This document shows, in pieces, positions 31,427-42,310 of a DNA stretch of 64,000 nucleotides (positions are counted from its first letter, which is position 1; each line of letters starts with the position of its first letter). The stretch covers positions 353,622-417,621 of the forward strand of contig JACKNF010000001.1 of assembly GCA_024234995.1 (NCBI GenBank). Direction: 5' to 3'. The translations under genes were made by a program, and so were the position numbers. The DNA comes from Gammaproteobacteria bacterium (GTDB lineage Bacteria > Pseudomonadota > Gammaproteobacteria > Competibacterales > Competibacteraceae). The notes under the pieces are model-generated. The model had not been told where the DNA came from, searched no databases, and saw only the letters and a program-made list of their open reading frames with translations.

Positions 31427-32575
31427 ATGTTGGGTTACCAACGAATCATCATTGCCCAAAACGAGCGTGGGCTTCACTTCTATAACCGCCGGTTGGTGGC
31501 CATTCTGGAACCGGGGGTCTACCGCTGGTTCGATCCGCTGCGTCATCATGAGGTGCAGCGCTACGATCTGACTGTGGCTGAGTTCAACCATCCGTGGTTG
31601 GATGTGTTGTTGCAGACCGATCCGGTTTTGGTGGAACAACACTTCCAAGTCGTGGAAACTGGTGAACACCAGGTTGGCTTAATTTACAAGAACGGTCGCC
31701 TGGAAGGCGTATTGCCGCCAGCAACCCGGCAGGCTTACTGGCGTGGCCCGGTCGAGGTGAAGGTAGAGATGCTTGACACCGGTACGGACTACGCCCTGTC
31801 ACGGGCGCATGCTGCCCTACTGGCCCGGCCTTCGGCAGCGCTGGCCCGGAACCTGAACGGCTTTATCCTGGCCACCGAGGTTGAAGATAACCACGTTGGC
31901 TTACTGTTGGCCGATGGTGAACTGGTACGCACCTTGCCGCCTGGTCTGCATGCCTTCTGGCGCTTCAACCGGGTGATTAAGGTGGAAACTGTGGATCTGC
32001 GTTTGCAGACCGTGGAAGTCTCTGGTCAAGAAATTCTGACCAAGGATAAGGTCAGCCTGCGCGTTAACCTGTCGGCAGTGTATCGAATCGCCGATCCAGT
32101 CAAGGCGCGGAGCGAACTGGGCAACATCGCTGAATACTTGTACCGGACCTTGCAATTCGGTTTGCGGCAGGCCATCGGCACCCAGCCGCTGGATAGTTTG
32201 CTCGGCGACAAGGACGACTTGGATCGGGTCGTGCGGAACTACGCAGCGGAACGGATTGAGCCGCATGGATTGGTAATGGAGACGGCCGGCATTAAGGATG
32301 TGATCCTGCCCGGCGAGATGAAGGATATTCTCAACCAGGTAGTAACCGCCGAGAAAGCAGCGCAGGCCAATGTCATCCGCCGGCGTGAGGAAGTCGCCGC
32401 CACCCGATCGCTGCTCAACACAGCGAAGCTGATGGAAGAGAACCCGGTTCTGCTGCGCTTAAAGGAACTGGAAGCGCTGGAAAAAGTGGTGGATAAGGTC
32501 GAGCGGCTGACTGTGTTTGGTGGCCTGGATGGCGTATTGCGCGATACAGTGCGCATCAATCTGCCGGCCCATTGA
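31427..32575 (+). CDS. SPFH/band-7 (slipin-like) domain protein with an N-terminal triple beta-repeat region
   Basis: The C-terminal half has the SPFH pattern (VSLRVNLSAVYRI.DP...LRQAIG...L). The frame is intact. Confidence 0.75.
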   Translation: MLGYQRIIIAQNERGLHFYNRRLVAILEPGVYRWFDPLRHHEVQRYDLTVAEFNHPWLDVLLQTDPVLVEQHFQVVETGEHQVGLIYKNGRLEGVLPPATRQAYWRGPVEVKVEMLDTGTDYALSRAHAALLARPSAALARNLNGFILATEVEDNHVGLLLADGELVRTLPPGLHAFWRFNRVIKVETVDLRLQTVEVSGQEILTKDKVSLRVNLSAVYRIADPVKARSELGNIAEYLYRTLQFGLRQAIGTQPLDSLLGDKDDLDRVVRNYAAERIEPHGLVMETAGIKDVILPGEMKDILNQVVTAEKAAQANVIRRREEVAATRSLLNTAKLMEENPVLLRLKELEALEKVVDKVERLTVFGGLDGVLRDTVRINLPAH

Positions 32576-32661
32576 GGGTGTGTATATAGTGACCCTCACC
32601 CATGCCTCTCTCTCGCGATCGGGAGAGAGGCTTTGATGCTGCTGCCGAGAGCCGAACATAC

Positions 32662-33925
32662 ATGTCTAGCACCATCGCGATGTTATTGCTGGGTCTGGGA
32701 ACGCTATTGGTGGGGAATGGCCTGCTCGGTACTTTGCTAGGCATCCGGGCACGGCTGGAAGGCTTTACGAACACTGCGATTGGTACGCTGATGGCGGCCT
32801 ATTTTCTGGGTTATGTGGCGGGTACTTTCCTGGTCCCGGCCTTGATCCGGCGGGTGGGTCATATCCGCACCTTCGCTGCACTGGCAGCGATGGGTTCGGT
32901 ATCTGCGCTGTGCTACGGGCTGATCGTGCATCCGGCCGCCTGGGCAGTGTTGCGGATGATAACAGGTATCGCAGTGCTAGGCGTCTATATGGTGGTGGAA
33001 AGCTGGCTCAATGAACAGGCGCCGCACCACATTCGCAGTCAGGTCTTCGCGATCTACATGGTCGTGACGCTGGTTAGTCTGGCTGCTGGGCAATATCTGA
33101 TCCTGACAGGCGATACGGGTGCCCTGGTGCTTTTCGCCATCGCTTCCATACTGTTCACTTTAGGATTGATGCCTATTGCCACCACCCGTATCCATGCCCC
33201 TCAACCGCAGGCATACTCATCGGTAAGCCTGCTTCATCTATTCTGGCTAGCGCCCTTGGCCGCTTGCGGTGCATTCATAGCCGGTATTGTCAGCGGTGCT
33301 TTCTGGAGCCTGGGCGCAGTGTTCGCACAGCGGATGGGCTTGCCGGAAGAAGGTATCGCCTTATTCATGAGCGCCACCATTATCGGCGGCGCGTTGCTGC
33401 AATGGCCCATTGGCCGGCTGTCCGACCGTTATGGCCGGCGCTTCATACTCACCACGGTCAGCTTCGCCGCCGCCCTGGTGGTGCTGCTGGCGCTACAGGT
33501 GATGTATGAATCGCTGGCAGCGCTGATAGTTTGCGCTTTCCTGTATGGCGGGCTGATGTTCTCGGTCTACAGTCTGAGCGTAGCGCTCATGAATGACCGG
33601 CTGAGCGCACCGGGGATGTGCTGGATGCTACGCGCGGTTTGTTGTTGATCTTTGGCATAGGTTCGATTGCCGGGCCGGCAATCGGTGGCCCGCCCGGCGG
33701 ATGGGTTTGGGCCTGGCACTATCCCTGCCCACTCAGCCGCTTGGCTGGGTCTGCTACCAGTTTGCTGGGTCTGATGCGTTTGGTTTTGGCCAAACCGGTT
33801 CCTCTAGTACAACAGGGTCGGTTTGTGCTCATGGTGCGCACCACACCGGTGGTTTGGAGATGCTGCCGCAGACCGATGTTCAACCCGAACTGGATCTGCC
33901 GCCCATCGAAAGATTCCTAAGATAA
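32662..33925 (+). pseudogene. MFS transporter with frameshifts in the 3' fifth
   Basis: It has 10 or more predicted TM helices. The C-terminus continues in two other frames (33618.. and 33701..). Confidence 0.65.
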
Positions 33926-33978
33926 GGTTTATCAGCAGCTAAACTTCAAGAGCGATTCAACATTTCGGAGAAGCACTC

Positions 33979-34992
33979 ATGATTCGAGCCTACGCCGCCC
34001 ATGAAGCCAAAGGCAAACTCACGCCGTTCGAATACGATCCTGGCGAACTGAAGCCGGATCAAGTCGAGCTGGATGTCATTGCCTGTGGCATCTGCCATTC
34101 GGACCTCTCCGTCCTGAATAATGAATGGCAAAACAGTGCTTATCCTTTAGTGCCGGGTCATGAAGCCGTCGGCACGATCGCCCAGACCGGCAGCAATGTC
34201 AAACACCTAAAGGTCGGCGACACGGTTGGTTTGGGCTGGTTCAGCGGCAGTTGCATGATCTGCGACCAATGTATGAGCGGCAATCACAATCTGTGCGCCA
34301 GCAGTGAGCAAACGATCATCAGCCGCCACGGCGGGTTCGCTGATAAGGTGCGTTGCAATGCAGAATGGGCGATGCCGTTGCCAACCGGATTGGATGCAAG
34401 AAAAGCCGGGCCGTTGTTCTGCGGCGGCATTACCGTCTTTAACCCTATTGTTCAGTTCGATGTGAAGCCCACCGACCGGGTTGGGGTGGTCGGCATTGGC
34501 GGATTGGGCCACTTGGCCATCCAGTTTCTGAACAAATGGGGCTGTGAAGTGACGGCATTCACCTCCAGCGAATCCAAGCGGGACGAAGCTTTGGATATGG
34601 GTGCGCATCAAGTTGTCAATTCCCGCAACGAGGGGCAACTGGAGAAAATCGCCGGCTCGCTGGATTTCATCCTATCGACTGTCAATGTTGATCTGAACTG
34701 GCCAGCGTTTCTGAATGTTCTAGGACCGAAAGGACGGCTGCATACGGTTGGAGCGGTACTGACACCTATTCCTGTTGCGGCATTTTCGCTGATCACCGGT
34801 CAGAAGAGCGTGGTATCCGGTTCGCCGCTGGGTTCTCCGGCGACTATTCGCAAGATGCTGGATTTCTGTGCCCGGCATCGGATCGCACCAGTAACCGAGC
34901 ATTTTCCGATGAGCCAGGTCAATGAAGCGCCAGCCCGTCTGGAGGCCGGTAAAGCACGCTATCGCATTATTTTGGAAAACGATTTTACCTAA
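33979..34992 (+). CDS. Zinc-dependent NAD(P) alcohol dehydrogenase (cinnamyl-ADH/YahK-like)
   Basis: It has the GHE zinc motif, the CGICHSD structural-zinc Cys cluster and a GxGGLG Rossmann motif. The frame is intact. Confidence 0.85.
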   Translation: MIRAYAAHEAKGKLTPFEYDPGELKPDQVELDVIACGICHSDLSVLNNEWQNSAYPLVPGHEAVGTIAQTGSNVKHLKVGDTVGLGWFSGSCMICDQCMSGNHNLCASSEQTIISRHGGFADKVRCNAEWAMPLPTGLDARKAGPLFCGGITVFNPIVQFDVKPTDRVGVVGIGGLGHLAIQFLNKWGCEVTAFTSSESKRDEALDMGAHQVVNSRNEGQLEKIAGSLDFILSTVNVDLNWPAFLNVLGPKGRLHTVGAVLTPIPVAAFSLITGQKSVVSGSPLGSPATIRKMLDFCARHRIAPVTEHFPMSQVNEAPARLEAGKARYRIILENDFT

Positions 34993-35787
34993 TCCCAATC
35001 ACCCCATAGCGCTTGCAAAAGCCGCCAGCGCCGCAACGCCGGCGGTTTCGGTGCAGCACCCGCGGGCCCCAAGCGGATGCCAGTAAATCCAGTTCTGTGA
35101 GCCTGGGCAATCTCCGCTGGGCTCAAACCGCCTTCGGGGCCAATGAGGAGTGTCACGGTTCCGTGGGTGGTTCCAGTCTGCGCAAGCCTTGTTTTGCCAA
35201 TGGATCGAGCAACAAGCGCAAGCATTCTTGAACGTCTTCCTCGATTGCTTCACCTCCCTCTTTAACCCTCCTTTACGGGGAGGCGGGAAAGAGCCGTTCA
35301 GCTGTTGCCAGCCACTGGATCAGTGGCAGTGGTTCCCGTAATTCCGGTAATTGATTGCGTCCGCATTGCTCACAGGCGCCGATTACAATGCCGCGCCAGT
35401 GCTGGATCTTGCGTATCAACCGCTCACCGGCTAAATCAACCCCGCTGCGTTTCGCAAACAGCGGTTGGATCGCGGCAACGCCCAATTCCACGGCTTTCGG
35501 AGGGTGTAATCCATCTTTTCACCGCGTGAGATGCCTTGCGCCAGCGTCACCTGCAAAGGCGATTCAGCCTCGCCAGGTAAGGCGCTGGTTACTTGCACCC
35601 AGGCTTCTCGCTTGCTGACTTCTAGCAATTTTGCTGCAAATGTTCCGCCTTGGCCGTTGAACAACGTCAGAGGTGCATCTGGCTTGAGCCGTAAGACGCG
35701 CACTGCATGATTAAAGGCATTCTCATTCAGCGGCAGGGTCATACCGGCTGCTAGCGGGACCGGGAGGTAAAGTCGAGGAACACGCAT
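34989..35787 (-). pseudogene. rsmE: 16S rRNA (uracil1498-N3)-methyltransferase RsmE, in 3 frames
   Basis: The pieces MRVPRLY.P.PL...RVLRL; ...IAACEQCGRN..PE.R; and LLIGPEGGLS..EI match RsmE blocks in order. Confidence 0.8.
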
Positions 35788-36189
35788 GTCGATGTGAATC
35801 CAGAAAATCTTGACGGGCGGTTAATGATATTGCTGTCCGCCAAATTTCACTGCACACCGCAGCCGCTGACTGCGGACGGCCTAAAACTTTGAACGAGATG
35901 GCGCCCGGCGGGATGCAGCCAGTCCAACTGTTTCGCAGTCTCGACCTCTTCTGCTCCTGCGTCAAAGCGCATTGCTGCATCTTAGGCCAGGATTTTGATC
36001 ATCCGGCCCATACGGCTAAAAAGGGCAATTACTAGAACCATATCGCTACAAAGTTTTCAGCAATGGCTTGCAGCGTGCCAGCTGCGACAGACTGCAGCGT
36101 TGTTCAGGATAGTCACTCTTGCGGAAGATGGTTCGCCTAAGCCAATGATTCGATGCTGCTGTGTCTCCCGCAAGGTGCCATTACCCCGA

Positions 36190-37347
36190 TCAGAGGGCTT
36201 CGGCATAGATCGTTTTTGATATCTGCGGGCTGGCGCGGCGTGGATTAGTAAATAGGCAGGCGTCACGGCTCGCCGGTGGAGCCAGATCAGTAATCGTGCT
36301 GGCGTTGACGCCACGCGCTGCCAGACCCTCATGAACCCCGCAAGCTTTGCGGAGGTTTTGCAATGTCTTTGTAATCTGTTTTTCCCGGACGGCCGCTGGC
36401 GCACCAGCAAGGGACACGCCGAGGGCTTGGCCGATACGCTGGTAACGCTCCTCGGCAGCGGGATAATTGAAACGCAATACATGTTCAAGCAGCAAGGCGT
36501 TACTTTCGCCGTGTGGCAGATCCAAATAGCCGCCCAGGCTGTGTGCCATGGCGTGGACTGCGCCAAGACTGGCATTGGAAAAGGCCAGGCCGGCGTGCAG
36601 ACTGGCCAGCATCATATTCTCGTAGGCCACTAAGTTAGCGGGATTGGAGACTGCCGGCAGAAGATAGTCGCGGACCAGCTCAATTGCCGCTAAGGCGTGG
36701 ACATCCAGCACCGGCGAATTTGCAGTGGAAACATAAGCTTCAATGGCATGTGTCAATGTATCAAGCCCGGTGCAGGCTATGAGATAAGGATCAAGGGTGG
36801 TGATGGTTTCCGGGTCCACCAATGATACGTCCGGTACTACGCTCTTGCTAACAATAGCGATCTTATAGCGCTGCACTGTGTTATTGATGATAGCAAACTG
36901 TGAAATGTCGGCAGCAGTGCCAGCGGTGGTGGGGATGCAGATCAGCGGTGGCCCTGGTTGCGGGATGCGGTCGACGCCTTCATAGTCCAGGATATGGCCA
37001 CCATTAGCGGCAACAATGCCGATGCCCTTAGCGCAGTCGATAACACTGCCGCCACCCAACGCCATGATAACGTCACAGCCTTCGTCATGATAAATGGCAG
37101 TGCCGGCCATAACTTCGTAATCCCGAGGGTTCGGTGTGACGTCATGGAACACGACCGATTGCAACCCGCTTTCTTCCAAATCGGCGAGCAGCTCGTTCAA
37201 CCAGCCCGCGCGGATGATGCCAGGGTCGGTGACGATCAATACGCGCCGGGCTTGCAGATTCCGAGCGTAGAAACCGGCACGCTGCCGTGAGCCAATGCCG
37301 AAAATAAACTCGGGTGCAACAAATTTGCGCAAGTCGTAAAGTGGCAT
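36190..37347 (-). CDS. Iron-containing (group III) alcohol dehydrogenase
   Basis: GGGSVIDCAKG and His-rich metal-site blocks are present. The 385-aa frame is intact. Confidence 0.85.
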   Translation of the reverse strand: MPLYDLRKFVAPEFIFGIGSRQRAGFYARNLQARRVLIVTDPGIIRAGWLNELLADLEESGLQSVVFHDVTPNPRDYEVMAGTAIYHDEGCDVIMALGGGSVIDCAKGIGIVAANGGHILDYEGVDRIPQPGPPLICIPTTAGTAADISQFAIINNTVQRYKIAIVSKSVVPDVSLVDPETITTLDPYLIACTGLDTLTHAIEAYVSTANSPVLDVHALAAIELVRDYLLPAVSNPANLVAYENMMLASLHAGLAFSNASLGAVHAMAHSLGGYLDLPHGESNALLLEHVLRFNYPAAEERYQRIGQALGVSLAGAPAAVREKQITKTLQNLRKACGVHEGLAARGVNASTITDLAPPASRDACLFTNPRRASPQISKTIYAEAL

Positions 37348-37559
37348 GGTCCCTCCTTTGCGTCGGGCCGATAGCTCTTACAATAGTATCCAATTTTTCT
37401 GCCCTGCAATGGAGGGTTGCAAGAGGCAGTTTTCAGCATAATAACCTTTATAAACTTCCTGTATTTTAATAAAGCTCTTTAATAAAGCTTAGCGGGTATT
37501 TGAGGAATGAAAAGGGATTGATCTGGGATTAGACACTTGAAAACCATTTTGGGAGAACC

Positions 37560-38060
37560 TGACTTGACTGAAACACTACTGATTCTTGCGGCTGGCAACC
37601 CTAGTCGGGGTGATGACGCCTTGGGACCCTGCTGTTTCTGGAGCACTTGATGGTTGAGCAGGAACAGCGTAACGGCTGGGGATATGTTGAGTTGCTCACC
37701 GACTTTCAGTTCCAGATCGAACATGCAGCCGATTTAGAAAACCGGGCGCTGGCACTGTTTGTCGATGCCAGCGTAAGTTGTCCAGGACCCTACCAATTCA
37801 CTCTTCTTCAACCCATCCGGGACACCAGCTATACCAGCCATACGCTGTCGCCCGCTGCTGTGCTGTATGTCTCACCAGCAAATTAACCATCTCCACCTCC
37901 ACCGGCGTTTCAATTGGCGATTCGCGGCGAAAGTTTTGAATTGGGTGAACCATTAAGCACGGCGGCGAACGCAAACCTTGCGGCAGCCCTAGAATTTGCT
38001 GGCCGGTTATTGGCGATGCCAGATGATGAGACATGGCGCCGGTTTGGCGGAAATCCATGA
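37560..38060 (+). pseudogene. [NiFe]-hydrogenase maturation endopeptidase (HyaD/HybD/HupD-like) relic
   Basis: The N-terminus LLILAAGNPSRGDDALGP, a mid-section in a second frame (VELLTDF...VDA..C.GP) and a C-terminal ...SHTLSPAAVL ... ELGEPLS match protease blocks. The structural hydrogenase genes are absent. Confidence 0.5.
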
Positions 38061-38220
38061 AAATTTCCTATCTTAACCAAATGGTTCATCAACCCCTTGC
38101 GCGGGTGAACCAGCAGGAGATCAGAGTATTTACCATCGTGCTGGATCGCCGACCGTACCATCTATGCTGGTATGGATGAGATATGGGAGGATGATTTTAG
38201 CCTAATGTACCCTGAAAGAT

Positions 38221-38830
38221 TCAGTAAGTCACTGTCCATAGCAACCATAAATCAATTATGAATACAGTCATCGGTATCTTACTGGGATGAATCCACGCGC
38301 AGAACACCCGTGTTATGCTGGATGATGGTGATGATGGCGGGCGCCGCCGTGCGCCCCCAGCTTCTGGTTCGAACGGCACTTGCTCATGGATCACGTCCAG
38401 CCCCAATTCTTGAACCATCTCATCGAGCACATGATCATGAAGATAGCGTAACCAGCCTGAATCGATCTGTAACGGGATGTGGCGGTTGCCAAGGTGATAG
38501 GCAGCACGCGCCAACAATAGGGCATTGTCCGTGCGGGCAGTGGAAACATGTTCTGCAGCAGCATGAACCTCAACGATCAGGCCGTGGTCGTCCGCAACCG
38601 GTCGCTATGACGCAGCACCGTGCCCGTGGTAGAAACAGGCCTACATTGGCGCCATTGTCTAGCCAGGTTCGCAAACGGCTTTTCTGGCGCAGCTCAAAGG
38701 GGCAAGGTCAGCGTCGTTTCAGCAGGCAACGCCTCATGTAAACGCTCAACGATTTGCAATTCCACAGGTTCAATAACGTCCATGAGCGGCTTCTTCTCGG
38801 GGATATTCAATGCATGAGGCAGCAGATTCT
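38221..38830 (-). pseudogene. ureE: Urease accessory protein UreE (fragmented)
   Basis: The C-terminal block [13 protein letters not shown]...LRY.HDHVLD.M...GL.V....PFEPE is present. The N-terminal part is in other frames. Confidence 0.6.
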
Positions 38831-38836
38831 GCCTTC

Positions 38837-40601
38837 TTACAAGGAATTATTTAGAACAAAAAGTACCTTTTGTGCCAGGGGCAGGATGGTAGCCGGTTCG
38901 CAGGTCAGCAGGATTCCGTCGGCGCGTACTTCATACGTTTGTGGATCAACCTCAATCTTAGGCAGCGCCTCATTATGAATAAGATCACGCTTGCATATCG
39001 CGCGCGTGTCATGCACGGCCGCTAGCATACGATGCAGATCGAGGTGCATCCAGCGCCCCGCTATTCAACGCTGCTTTGGAGACAAAGGTCAGACAGGTAG
39101 CAGCCAGCGTGCCGCCAAAGGCGCCAAACATAGGCCGGTAATGTACCGGTTGCGGCGTCGGGATTGACGCATTCAGGTCACCCATTGGCGCAGCAATGAT
39201 AAAACCGCCTTTGATGATCAATGCGGGCTTACACCGAAAAACGCTGGACGCCACAGCACGATGTCAGCCAGTTTGCCGGTCTCCAATGAACCGACCAGAT
39301 GGGCAATTCCATGAGTGATAGCCGGATTGATCATACTCTTAGCAATGTAGCGCTTGACCCGGAAATTGTCGGCACGCTGCCCGGCCTCTCCATCTGCTCC
39401 TGCGGGGGGGAGCGAGTTGCGGGAGAGGGGATAAGTGCCCCGTTGCATCTTCATCTTGTGTGCGGTCTGCCACGTGCGGGTGATGACCTCACCGGCCCGG
39501 CCCATCGCCTGTGAATCGGAGGCAATCATCGAAAATGCCCCCAGATCGTGCAGGATATCTTCGGCGGCGATGGTCTCGCGGCGGATACGTGAATCGGCGA
39601 ACGCTACGTCCTCGGGGATACCGGGGTCGAGGTGATGGCACACCATCAACATGTCCAGATGCTCATCCACGGTATTAATCGTGTATGGCCGGGTCGGGTT
39701 GGTGGAGGGTAGCACGTTCAATTCACCGCAGGCGCGGATGATGTCCGGAGCGTGCCCGCCGCCCGCACCCTCGGTGTGATAGGTGTGAATCGCCCGGCCC
39801 TTGAACGCGGCTAGGGTGTCCTCAACGAAACCGGATTCATTCAGCGTATCGGTATGAATCGCAACTTGGACGTCATAGCGCTCAGCCACAGCCAGACAGT
39901 TGTCGATAGCTGCCGGTGTCGTTCCCAGTCCTCATGCAGTTTCAGCCCCATTGCGCCCGCTTCGAGCTGTTCCTCCAGCGCTGCCGGATGGCTGGCGTTG
40001 CCTGCCTTGCCGAGAAAGCCGAGATTGACGGGCAACCCTTCTGCTGCTTGCAACATCCGCCGCAGGTTCCAAGGCCCCGGCGTACAGGTGGTTGCATTGG
40101 TGCCGGTTGCCGGACCGGTACCGCCCCCAGCATGGTGGTCACACCGGACATCAATGCTTCCTCAACCTGCTGCGGGCAGATGAAATGAATATGGCTATCG
40201 ATGCCGTAAAGCGGTGGCAATCAGCCCCTCTCCAGCGATCGCCTCGGTACCTGGGCCGATGATAATGTTAACGCCCGGTTGAATATCGGGATTGCTTAAG
40301 CTTTGCCAATGCTTAAGCAATGCGTCCATCCTTGATGCCGATATCAGCCTTGATGATGCCCCAGTGATCGACGATCAGCGCATTGGTGATCACAGTATCG
40401 GCCGCGCCATCACGTTGAGGCCGTTGCGACTGACCCATACCATCGCGGATCACCTTGCCGCCGCCGAATTTCACTTCCTCGCCGTAAATCGCATGGTCAC
40501 GCTCGACTTCGATCCACAGTCCGGTATCGCCCAGCCGCACCCGGTCGCCGGTGGTAGGAGCCATACATGTCGGCATAGGCGCGACGGTCGATGCGGCTCA
40601 T
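38837..40601 (-). pseudogene. ureC: Urease alpha subunit UreC, full length with at least 5 frameshifts
   Basis: The pieces [14 protein letters not shown]; [13 protein letters not shown]...[19 protein letters not shown]; [25 protein letters not shown]; [17 protein letters not shown]; and [27 protein letters not shown] are collinear with UreC. Confidence 0.85.
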
Positions 40602-40604
40602 GGC

Positions 40605-40918
40605 TGTTTCTCCAGCGGTCCCATTACCTCGGCGCGGAAGCCATGCACTTCCCAGGCGCTTAGCATAATCCACCAGCTCCACCTCGCGTTCCTGGCCTGG
40701 CTCGAAGCGCACCGCCGTGCTTAAGCAGGAATGTCGAGTAACAGCCTCGCGCCTGCGCACGCTCAAAGCGCAGAGCGGGATTGGTTTCAGCGAAATGATA
40801 GTGTGAGCCGACCTGAATCGGCCGGTCACCGGTGTTAGCGATGCTCAAGCGCGTGATGCGGCGGCCGGTATTGAGTTCGAGGTCACCGTCAACGGTGACG
40901 ATTTCACCGGGAATCATG
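40605..40918 (-). pseudogene. ureB: Urease beta subunit UreB (3' frameshift); coordinates approximate
   Basis: [16 protein letters not shown]...[19 protein letters not shown] is followed in another frame by [15 protein letters not shown]. Confidence 0.75.
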
Positions 40919-40928
40919 CGTGGTCTCC

Positions 40929-41230
40929 TCAAGGAATCGGGTGATGGACGGTGACCAGTTTGGTTCCGTCGGGAAACGTGGCTTCGATTTGCACCTCGGG
41001 AATCATTTCCGGGACGCCATCCATCACATCATTGCGGGTGAGTAGCGTACGGCCATGACTCATTAATTCGGCAACGCTTTGCCTTTCCGTGCGCCTTCTA
41101 GCAAAGCGCAGGACAGATAGGCAACGGTCTCAGGATAGTTAAGTTTCAGTCCCTTGGCTTTGCGCCGTTCCGCCAGAGACCGGCAGTGAACAGCAACAGC
41201 TTGTCTTTTTTTCGCGGGAGTGAGTTCCAT
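40929..41230 (-). pseudogene. ureA: Urease gamma subunit UreA (1 frameshift)
   Basis: MELTP...[11 protein letters not shown].....LEGAR.GK is followed in another frame by [39 protein letters not shown]. Confidence 0.75.
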
Positions 41231-41301
41231 GGGTGTTCTCGGGTAACGGTCAGGTATTCCAGAAGCGGGAAGGACAGGAAGACGATTGAATATCGCGGGT
41301 C

Positions 41302-42140
41302 TCAGCAACCCCCATGCCAGAATGAAAAATTGCCGGGCACGTATCGCTGAAGAGACCCGAGGTAGCGGCAAATGAGCATGCCATCCAATGAAGTTACAGC
41401 GGCCAACTCTTTTTTTCCTTGCTGATCGGGCCACCCTTTCTTATCTAAGGCAGGGAGAAGGATAGCGGTGCGGATAGCATCAACCAGCCCTTCCATAGGA
41501 GGGGTACATATTAATGTGGCGCTTACTGGCTGGCCCTGCAGGGCCCCAAGGGGCGTCGAGTATCGAATCACCACCCGTATAACACGCATGCTCCAGGTAG
41601 AGTGGTTCTCCGTCGCGCCAGAGTTCAAGCTGTTGCGGCATTCGCCGGTTTCAAAGGTTTCACCTGCTGCGGGCCTACTTAAGCAGAGGATTTCCCAGCC
41701 CAGAAAGCGAGCGTCGCCTTGCAGTTCAATCCGGGTCAAAGTGTGGATCTGGGTGCCGCTGTAGAGGATATTCTCCTGGGGCAGCCATTCTAGGGTTGCG
41801 CCAGCGGCTTTCACCGTCAAATGCTGCACCTGACCGGCCAGAGAACCCGCACTGCGGTAGAATTTGCCAGCCGCTTAGCGTGGTGAGCAGTGCGTGAGCG
41901 CCGGTTTCAATCCTCGCGTCCAAGCGCAACTCATCACCGCCGACGACGCCGCCAGGCGGATGGAGAATGGCTACATGGCAGACTTCCGGTCCTTCGGGAT
42001 AGAACGGCCGCTGCACCTGCAAAGGGCCTTGATGGGTGCATTGCCCTAGAACAGTGCGTGAACCGTCATGCTGAAAACCCAAGGTTAGATGGGCCCGCCA
42101 GTAAGCGCAGGAAAAGATCCCGGCAGTCAGGATAATGATA
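41302..42140 (-). pseudogene. ureD: Urease accessory protein UreD/UreH (2 or more frameshifts)
   Basis: The blocks PL.VQRPFYPEG.EVCHV..LHPPGG.VGGD.L; GKFYRSAG in another frame; and ATLEWLPQENI.Y.G.......I.LQGDARF.GWEI are present. Confidence 0.7.
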
Positions 42141-42310
42141 CTCCATAGGCGATGTTGGGGCGGTAATTTGTCTGGAAAGAGGCCGCTATCGACCGGTAAA
42201 AGTCTAGCCTATGTTCGTAAGGAAAGAATGAAATTGTCCTATGGTAATAAGCATCAAGTAATAAGCATTTGCCGGAATAACGTGTGCAGAAATAATGAGC
42301 GAATAAGCAA

